From positions 1 through 62,298 of the IMG/VR virus record IMGVR_UViG_3300012928_000004: a stretch of 62,298 nucleotides of DNA; one strand, written 5' to 3'. The position numbers and the translations under genes are program-made. The DNA is from a virus (taxonomy: Duplodnaviria > Caudoviricetes). The notes beneath the pieces were generated by a model, which was not told the origin of the DNA, made no database searches, and saw only the letters and a program-made list of their open reading frames with translations. Of this stretch, positions 56,081 through 62,298 are shown in pieces (positions within the stretch are counted from its first letter, which is position 1; every line of letters starts with the position of its first letter).

Positions 56081-58813
56081 ATGGCGAGAACACGCTCAGA
56101 TTTCTTAGGTAGAGACGGATACACTTGGTGGATTGGTGAGGTTGAGAACAACCAAGACCCTTCCCAACTGGGTCGTGTACAAGTGCGTGTAATCGGTTGG
56201 TATACTGGTGAAGGAGCAGAAGAGGCATATACAAACACACTAAAGACTGAAGACCTTCCTTGGGCTACAGTCCTTCTACCTTCAGATAAACCACAAACTA
56301 AAAACGCTGGCTCAACTACTGAGTTGCAACCTGGCGCAATGGTTATTGGTTTCTTCCTTGATGGGGATGAAGCACAGATGCCTTGTGTACTTGGTGCATT
56401 CAGAGGATTTAGAGAGCTGGATGATGATACCAAGCGTACTGTTATTGCAGATGAAGAGTCTGCTAACAAACAGGCAACTAAAACTCCTGCCCAACAAGAT
56501 ATGGCAGGTAATCTTAGACTTGGTGGTGGACCATTTACTAAGTTGCAGACTAAAACACCATCGACAGCAACTGGTGATATAGAAGAATCGCGTGGTAGTA
56601 TCTCTACTGCTGAGCAATTGCTGCCAGGTAATGCTGTTACCAACCCTATCAAACCACCTATCTCTGGTCAAAGTGTTGCTGACGGTGTTGGTGGACCAGG
56701 TGGTGATGGTTTTGAAGTTGACCTAGAGCGTATGCTCACTGAGCTTGGTGAGATGTCAGCTTCACTAGGTAGAGCTGAGAAGGGTGTGGTATCCCTTGTC
56801 AATGGTATGAAACTTGCTGGTGATAAAGTAAAAGAGCACCTTGGAAAACTTTGTAACTTCCTTTCTGGTGGTATTGCTGGTATCCTTGCACCACTAAAAG
56901 AATTACTCGCAAAGATTATTGCAGAGGTTATCAACGCACTGGTTAAAATTATCTCCAAGTTTATTCCACTTGGCGTTGTTAATGCAATCCTATCACTTGT
57001 GCAGGAGATTTTTGCTATCTTCTGTATGGAAACTCCAATGTGGTTGGGGTTAGTCCAAGCAGCATTATCGGACACGGTTAACTTTGCCAACCAAATGGCC
57101 AGCTTTGCTGTGAACAAAATAGCCAAAGTTATATCTAATGCTATTGGCGATGCTGTTAAAAAGGTTACTGGTCGTATCCTTGATGGTATTACCAAGGCAA
57201 TGGATAGAGTTAAGAATGTTGCTGGTGATGTATTATCTGCTATCTCTATTGCAAAGAAAGCAGCGGGTGCTGCTAGGAGTCTAGGAAAGTCGGTGCAATC
57301 AATTTTTGAAGTTGACTTCACTAAACTAGACTGGGGTAGTTTGATTTCTATCATTAAAATGATTCTTGGTCTTCTCTTTAAGAAAGACTGTGGACGAAAG
57401 ATTAAACGACCGCGAGCTAAACGATGGTATCCACTTATCGGTACAACCGATTGTGATAATGTAAATGATGCTATCGCTGGCACACCATATGAGAAAAATG
57501 TAGAAGACGCATATAGCGGTAAGACTGCACTGCAAGGTGGAAGTTTTATTGATAACCTGTTTAGTGGTATCAATCCATTCCTGCAAGAAACTCAGATGCA
57601 TCTGAATGGTGCAAAAGAAATATTTGATGCAACGCCTGGTAAAGAAAAGAAGATTATCTCTGGACCAGGTGGTGTATCATCATTAGAAGATTCCTATGGT
57701 AATCGTCACACAAATGTCCCAAACAATGAGACAAAAATCATTGCTAAGGATAAGTGTGAAACTATTAAAGGTAACTATGTCTTGACAGTAGAAGGAGACT
57801 TCTATCTAAAAGTCATGGGTAACTACCATGAAGAGGTAACTGGAGCTAAAAACGACCACTCATCAAACGGTCCACAATCTAAATCGTCGGGTAGCTCCAA
57901 GTCTCCAGATAAAACTTCAGGTGGTGCACTCAAAAAAGCAGACACAAACGTTACTGCTAATACTACCAATTCGGATACTTTCAAGAAAAACCCTGATAAA
58001 GTCGCTAAAGGACTGTCTACCGACGTTAATTCACAAAATGACGCTGTAGATAATAAGTATAAAAATAACTTAGAGGGGATTAAAAAGAATAGGATGCAAA
58101 TCCTAAAATATAATAATATTGGTGGTTTCTATCCAGTGGATGAGATTCCATTCCATCCAGAAGCTGACGAGTTTGGTCGCACACCGTGGGGTCCACAACT
58201 TAAAGCAGAACTTGAGGATGAAAAAGAGCAGAAGTCTTCCACTCGTAAAGAAGGTGACCATGAAATCGCCTACACTGGTGAGTTGAAGTTACAAGGCTCT
58301 AAAGTTAAAATCACTGGTATCGAAGCAATTCAACTTAATGCTCAAAACGTAAAAACGGAAGCAAACACCATCGAGAATGTTGCCGATGGTGAAATTATCA
58401 ACGAAGCAAACTGGATTACTTCATTCCTTAACGCAGGTAGATTTGAATTTGTTGCTATCTTCAATCCATTTGCAGCTCTAACTGGACAATTTTCTCTAGT
58501 TAAAGGTGCTATTGTGGATATCACAACAGATACACCATTCCCTGCTATATCACCACCAACACAAACCAGAGTCTGTATATCTACAGCAGTGCCTGGTTCT
58601 ATGAATGATATTATTGCTGGCAGCACGTCAGGAGTCCATAACACGTTTATCGCCGCGCCAACAGGTGTCATCACCGAATTCGTTACAGCAGGTAACATCA
58701 TGAATCAAGTGGTCAGCGGCATGGCGTCCTACTCCGTAGGCACGGGATATATGGCAGTTGGCTGCGGTTTCGGACCAAATCAGGTCTATGGCTTGCCATT
58801 GCTCCTAAACTAG
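56081..58813 (+). CDS. gp5: Baseplate hub / tail spike gp5-like protein
   Basis: WWIGEVE..DP.LGRVQVR, DLPWA, VIGFFLDG..AQ.P OB-fold; later beta-helix repeats; late promoter at 56053. Confidence 0.85.
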   Translation: MARTRSDFLGRDGYTWWIGEVENNQDPSQLGRVQVRVIGWYTGEGAEEAYTNTLKTEDLPWATVLLPSDKPQTKNAGSTTELQPGAMVIGFFLDGDEAQMPCVLGAFRGFRELDDDTKRTVIADEESANKQATKTPAQQDMAGNLRLGGGPFTKLQTKTPSTATGDIEESRGSISTAEQLLPGNAVTNPIKPPISGQSVADGVGGPGGDGFEVDLERMLTELGEMSASLGRAEKGVVSLVNGMKLAGDKVKEHLGKLCNFLSGGIAGILAPLKELLAKIIAEVINALVKIISKFIPLGVVNAILSLVQEIFAIFCMETPMWLGLVQAALSDTVNFANQMASFAVNKIAKVISNAIGDAVKKVTGRILDGITKAMDRVKNVAGDVLSAISIAKKAAGAARSLGKSVQSIFEVDFTKLDWGSLISIIKMILGLLFKKDCGRKIKRPRAKRWYPLIGTTDCDNVNDAIAGTPYEKNVEDAYSGKTALQGGSFIDNLFSGINPFLQETQMHLNGAKEIFDATPGKEKKIISGPGGVSSLEDSYGNRHTNVPNNETKIIAKDKCETIKGNYVLTVEGDFYLKVMGNYHEEVTGAKNDHSSNGPQSKSSGSSKSPDKTSGGALKKADTNVTANTTNSDTFKKNPDKVAKGLSTDVNSQNDAVDNKYKNNLEGIKKNRMQILKYNNIGGFYPVDEIPFHPEADEFGRTPWGPQLKAELEDEKEQKSSTRKEGDHEIAYTGELKLQGSKVKITGIEAIQLNAQNVKTEANTIENVADGEIINEANWITSFLNAGRFEFVAIFNPFAALTGQFSLVKGAIVDITTDTPFPAISPPTQTRVCISTAVPGSMNDIIAGSTSGVHNTFIAAPTGVITEFVTAGNIMNQVVSGMASYSVGTGYMAVGCGFGPNQVYGLPLLLN

Positions 58814-58821
58814 GGTATACT
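58793..58821 (+). promoter_or_regulatory. Sigma70 promoter
   Basis: TTGCCA, 17 bp, TATACT. Confidence 0.6.
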
Positions 58822-58846
58822 AGGGAGGTCAATACCACGCCTCCCC

Positions 58847-59038
58847 ATGAGCAACGAGACTTACCTTGAGCACATCTGGGTCAACATTGCACAACGCAAC
58901 ATCAAGATTCTTGACGATGAGGGTTATGATGAGGTCGTACAATATAACTTTGACCAAGACGGTGCTGATGGATTTACAGAGACCATTGCTTCTTTCAAGG
59001 AGCAGGTGCCTGAAGAATTGATTACATATCTATCATGA
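58847..59038 (+). CDS. Hypothetical protein
   Basis: 63-aa ORF. Confidence 0.65.
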   Translation: MSNETYLEHIWVNIAQRNIKILDDEGYDEVVQYNFDQDGADGFTETIASFKEQVPEELITYLS

Positions 59039-59283
59039 ATAGTATTATTTCATTAACTGTCGAAGAAGTCGAAGCAAATTTCGACTTTGTTTTTTCTCTA
59101 GTAGAGAAAGGACATACAATTAAGATTAACACCGAAAAAGGTGCCGTTATGATGACACCTGTTGCCAAATTACAGGTAGCAGGTGTAGAAATTCCAGAAA
59201 CTCCTGAGGAATTTGTGCCTGACCCCGCTGGGACAGCAGCATATGTATCAGAATCGCTATCAGAAATGACGAAAGATTTTTGA
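59035..59283 (+). CDS. Hypothetical protein (Phd/YefM-like N-terminus)
   Basis: TVEEVEANFD..FSLVEKGHTIKI...AVMMTP. Confidence 0.55.
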   Translation: MNSIISLTVEEVEANFDFVFSLVEKGHTIKINTEKGAVMMTPVAKLQVAGVEIPETPEEFVPDPAGTAAYVSESLSEMTKDF

Positions 59284-59286
59284 CCC

Positions 59287-59571
59287 ATGAAGAAGATTCG
59301 CATCACACACAACTATTGCTATCTACAAGTTAATTCCACAGATAAAAAGATTGTGCAGATGTGGAAAATCATGGGTATACCATTTACTTTCGATGAATTG
59401 CCTGAGCTTGTGCAAGAGTTAGAAGACGTAAAACTTGACGCTGACACGTCTATGGAGTATACTATGGAAGACCTCTTCCGTTACAGCGATTATTTAATTG
59501 CTGAAGCGTGTCACCCTGTATTATTTGACATGTCAGATATGATAGAAAACTATGAAGAAGTCCCAGACTAG
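59287..59571 (+). CDS. Hypothetical protein
   Basis: GIPFTFDEL...YLIAEACHP. Confidence 0.65.
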   Translation: MKKIRITHNYCYLQVNSTDKKIVQMWKIMGIPFTFDELPELVQELEDVKLDADTSMEYTMEDLFRYSDYLIAEACHPVLFDMSDMIENYEEVPD

Positions 59572-60109
59572 CATATTCAACGACCATTTCTATTGGAAGT
59601 TTAAGGCACCGAATAAAAAGCAACTAACGCAATTTATTTACGGTCTGGACCAATGTGAGGATGCACCTTGGGGTGAGTTATGCTCTGTTACTAACCTTAG
59701 TATTACAGAGGATATATTCGACCTACTGCAACCGTCTCTTGTTATTTTAGGACAAGAAGTGGAAGCGAGAATGACAGTCTCCATGAATAGACCATGGGTC
59801 AGTCAGTATGTGAGGGGTGACTTTCAAGAGGCACACGATCACAATGATTGTGATTTTGTTGGAGTATTTTTTCCAGAATATAAGGAAGGATACTCCAAAT
59901 TTTATTTTATAGATAGAGGAGTAAACCTACGCAAACCTATCATGGATTTGATGGGTGTGAGAAATAATCATATAGTAGATGTAGAGGGTGGAGATATAAT
60001 TTTCTTTCCAGGTCACATGCTGCATGGCGTCTCAAAACACGACCACAATGATACACGTAGGACACTCTCGTGTAATTTCTTTATCAAACAAATTGACCGT
60101 CAATTATGA
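59552..60109 (+). CDS. Putative 2OG-Fe(II) oxygenase (HxH type)
   Basis: WVSQY..GDFQEAHDH, GDIIFFPGHMLHGV, RRTLSCN. Confidence 0.8.
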   Translation: MKKSQTSIFNDHFYWKFKAPNKKQLTQFIYGLDQCEDAPWGELCSVTNLSITEDIFDLLQPSLVILGQEVEARMTVSMNRPWVSQYVRGDFQEAHDHNDCDFVGVFFPEYKEGYSKFYFIDRGVNLRKPIMDLMGVRNNHIVDVEGGDIIFFPGHMLHGVSKHDHNDTRRTLSCNFFIKQIDRQL

Positions 60110-60789
60110 AACTGTTTTTAGATACTGCCGACACTACGATTATTGAAGAGAAATTTTCAACTGGTCTTATTGACGGTGTGACAACCAATCCAACACTTAT
60201 TTTGAAGTCAGGTCTCGACCCTGAGGATGTCTATCAGCGATTGGTAGATATGAATATCCCCGACATTTCTATGGAAGTCGTCGGTAGTTACGAGGAGATG
60301 AAAGAGGAAGCGTATCGTCTAGTTGATAAGTTTGGTAACAGACAAACAACTATTAAGGTGCCTTGCACACCAGATGGACTGCGGTTGTGTTATGATTTGA
60401 ATAATCGTGGCGTAAGAGTTAATGTTACTCTCATCTTCAGTCTTGCCCAAGCAATTCTATCCGCTAAGGCGGGTGCCTATTACGTTTCGCCTTTTGTTGG
60501 TAGATACGATGACAATAGTGTATCTGGTCTGGAGCTTATCAGAAGCATTTCTGAGACTTTCCGTATCCAAGGTGTGAAGACTCAAGTGCTAGCAGCATCA
60601 CTTCGTGATGTATATAAGGTATCTCGATGCTTCTATAATGGTGCTGAAGTGGTTACTATGCCACCTGCCATTTTTGATAAAATGTATAAGCATGTCTTGA
60701 CTGACTCAGGACTTGACCTATTTGACAAAGACTACAATGCAACGATCGCCATGTTATCTGAAACAGTGGGCACCACCACAACTGATTAG
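60106..60789 (+). CDS. talC: Transaldolase (TalC family)
   Basis: FLDTA, DGVTTNP, IKVP, NVTLIFS, YVSPFVGR, LAAS.R. Confidence 0.96.
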   Translation: MKLFLDTADTTIIEEKFSTGLIDGVTTNPTLILKSGLDPEDVYQRLVDMNIPDISMEVVGSYEEMKEEAYRLVDKFGNRQTTIKVPCTPDGLRLCYDLNNRGVRVNVTLIFSLAQAILSAKAGAYYVSPFVGRYDDNSVSGLELIRSISETFRIQGVKTQVLAASLRDVYKVSRCFYNGAEVVTMPPAIFDKMYKHVLTDSGLDLFDKDYNATIAMLSETVGTTTTD

Positions 60790-61198
60790 TAGGATATCAT
60801 GGGATGATTGCCTAGACAAATTGGACCATGATGTTCATGCAGGTTATTGGGGATATGCCAATGACCCTAAAGAAGGTATGATTCCTACGATTGTTACTGA
60901 AGGATTCTATCAACCAGAATCCTTCATAGGTATATCAGAATTGGTTTATTCCACATTCTTTATGAATCGTCTGGATACCTATATTTCATTCTCCAAAACG
61001 TCAACATTTGGCAGACATAATGACGATGTAGATGTTGTTATTGTCAGTGTAAAGGGTGATGTTAGATATACATTTGATAGTGGTGAGCAGTATACTCTTG
61101 AGCCTGGAGATGCTATACATATTCCAGAGGGAACGTATCACGACCCTCAGTGCTTTGGTCCACGCTGCACACTAAGTTATTCTATGGAGAAATACTAA
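60737..61198 (+). CDS. Cupin/JmjC-like protein
   Basis: FGRHNDDVDV, LEPGD.IHIPEGTYH, R.TLS; start uncertain. Confidence 0.7.
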   Translation: MQRSPCYLKQWAPPQLISRISWDDCLDKLDHDVHAGYWGYANDPKEGMIPTIVTEGFYQPESFIGISELVYSTFFMNRLDTYISFSKTSTFGRHNDDVDVVIVSVKGDVRYTFDSGEQYTLEPGDAIHIPEGTYHDPQCFGPRCTLSYSMEKY

Positions 61199-61200
61199 TT

Positions 61201-61551
61201 ATGGGGATGTTTGACACAATACGATGTTTTTATGATTTAGGTGCAGGTTTCTATCGACGAGAGTTGCAAACTAAAGACCTTCATGGTCTATTGGGTGAGT
61301 ATTGGTTAGACCCATCAGGAAGATTGTTTAGAATAGATTATAGCGGGACACATGATTTTATTGATGATAGCACCGTAAGGACTGTCAAAAATGGTAATCA
61401 TGGTAAGATAACACCTTATTATGTCACTTCAGACGTAACTGTTTATCCATCGAAATGGGATTGTAAATATGCCCCATATCCTAGAATAACTTTACATATC
61501 GAAGAAGGTGTAGTGCAATGGATTAGTAAACCAGATGGAAATCGATTATGA
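61201..61551 (+). CDS. Hypothetical protein
   Basis: MGMFDTI...QTKDL....YWLDPSG.L. Confidence 0.7.
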   Translation: MGMFDTIRCFYDLGAGFYRRELQTKDLHGLLGEYWLDPSGRLFRIDYSGTHDFIDDSTVRTVKNGNHGKITPYYVTSDVTVYPSKWDCKYAPYPRITLHIEEGVVQWISKPDGNRL

Positions 61552-62243
61552 AAAGGAAATGGGCGAGTGCTTTTGGACTGGGTATTGCTCTTGGAGTAGC
61601 TACTTGGGTATCAGTAGGTAAAACGGCACCACTAAAGGAGAGTGATTACTACACAAATCATTCTTTGGGATGTATTCTTTTACAAGAATGCAAAGAAGGA
61701 GTAGAAGAAGTATTGTCAGTATATACCATCTCTTCAAGGTATGATAATCCTTCTCGATATGACTCAATTCAAAATGAATTGCATAGTATGCTTATCTCCC
61801 TACACAAAGTAGGTGTTAAGGTATACATTGCACCCGAAAAGTATTTTCCAGTAGGACACCGTGGAGTGTATCATACTGTAAGCAATAATTTCTACCTTAA
61901 TGACGCATACATGGGTCGGCCATCTACACTTATGAGTGTGATGCGTCATGAAGGATGGCACGCTGCACAAGATTGTATGGCAGGCACCATTAATAATAGT
62001 ATGATTGCTATTATTATGCCTGAGGAAGCAGTGCCTCCACTGTGGGCCGAAATGGCAACAAGGACATACAAACATATGCCTAAAGCAATTCCTTGGGAAA
62101 AGGAAGCAACTTGGGCAGGTAAGACTGAGGGTATGACTCAAAAAGCACTTAAGTCTTGTGCTAAAGGGACTATGTGGTCCGATTACGAACCCACACCTTT
62201 AACTAGGGAGTGGTTGGTTAAAAATGGGTACCTCGCTAAGTAG
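61548..62243 (+). CDS. Secreted zincin-like metallopeptidase-motif protein
   Basis: N-terminal hydrophobic segment; RHEGWHAAQ (HExxH) and downstream EKEA. Confidence 0.65.
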   Translation: MKRKWASAFGLGIALGVATWVSVGKTAPLKESDYYTNHSLGCILLQECKEGVEEVLSVYTISSRYDNPSRYDSIQNELHSMLISLHKVGVKVYIAPEKYFPVGHRGVYHTVSNNFYLNDAYMGRPSTLMSVMRHEGWHAAQDCMAGTINNSMIAIIMPEEAVPPLWAEMATRTYKHMPKAIPWEKEATWAGKTEGMTQKALKSCAKGTMWSDYEPTPLTREWLVKNGYLAK

Positions 62244-62298
62244 CGGATACTTCTCCGATAGATTCCCTCCTGAGATAAATCGTGTCCAAGGAGGGAAA

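Noticed and set aside
55945-57573. Long antisense ORFs (235 and 301 aa) opposite gp5, and similar ones at 5468-6130 and within the tape-measure genes
   Set aside because: Shadow frames of strongly biased + strand genes; no motifs, RBS or promoters
59035-59571. Toxin-antitoxin pair
   Set aside because: Only weak Phd-like resemblance in the first ORF; the neighbour shows no recognisable toxin motif

Overview
A ~62 kb segment of a T4-like marine cyanomyovirus (Kyanoviridae-type). The host is probably Synechococcus, inferred from psbA+psbD, hli, cp12, talC and cpeT. Left to right: uvsX end, gp41 helicase, mazG; a nuclease-like / ligase-like / cytidylyltransferase-like cluster with probable internal head proteins; gp61, nrdA/B; a structured RNA upstream of a DUF4278-type peptide; tRNA-Arg; hli x2, halogenase, psbA/psbD; a large virion protein; nrdC, rnh, thyX, phoH, gp33, gp32, psbN-like; the baseplate/tail block (gp53, gp48, gp4, gp2, gp54, gp26/51, two tape-measure-like genes, gp27-like, gp5); and cp12, cpeT, talC. 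Seven 2OG-Fe(II) oxygenase-like genes are scattered through the window. Three observations stand out. (1) A double glutamine-riboswitch-like RNA at 15886-16105 whose second P2 stem encloses nearly all of a 53-aa ORF, the two halves being joined by a long-range helix. (2) A U_UUU_UUC -1 frameshift site that would fuse gp26 to the AUG-less gp51 ORF, at the position of lambda G/GT tail chaperones. (3) A hypothetical protein carrying all covalent nucleotidyltransferase (ligase) motifs, between a PD-(D/E)XK-like nuclease and a capsid-targeted HxGH nucleotidyltransferase. All calls are from motif recognition by eye; no searches were run.
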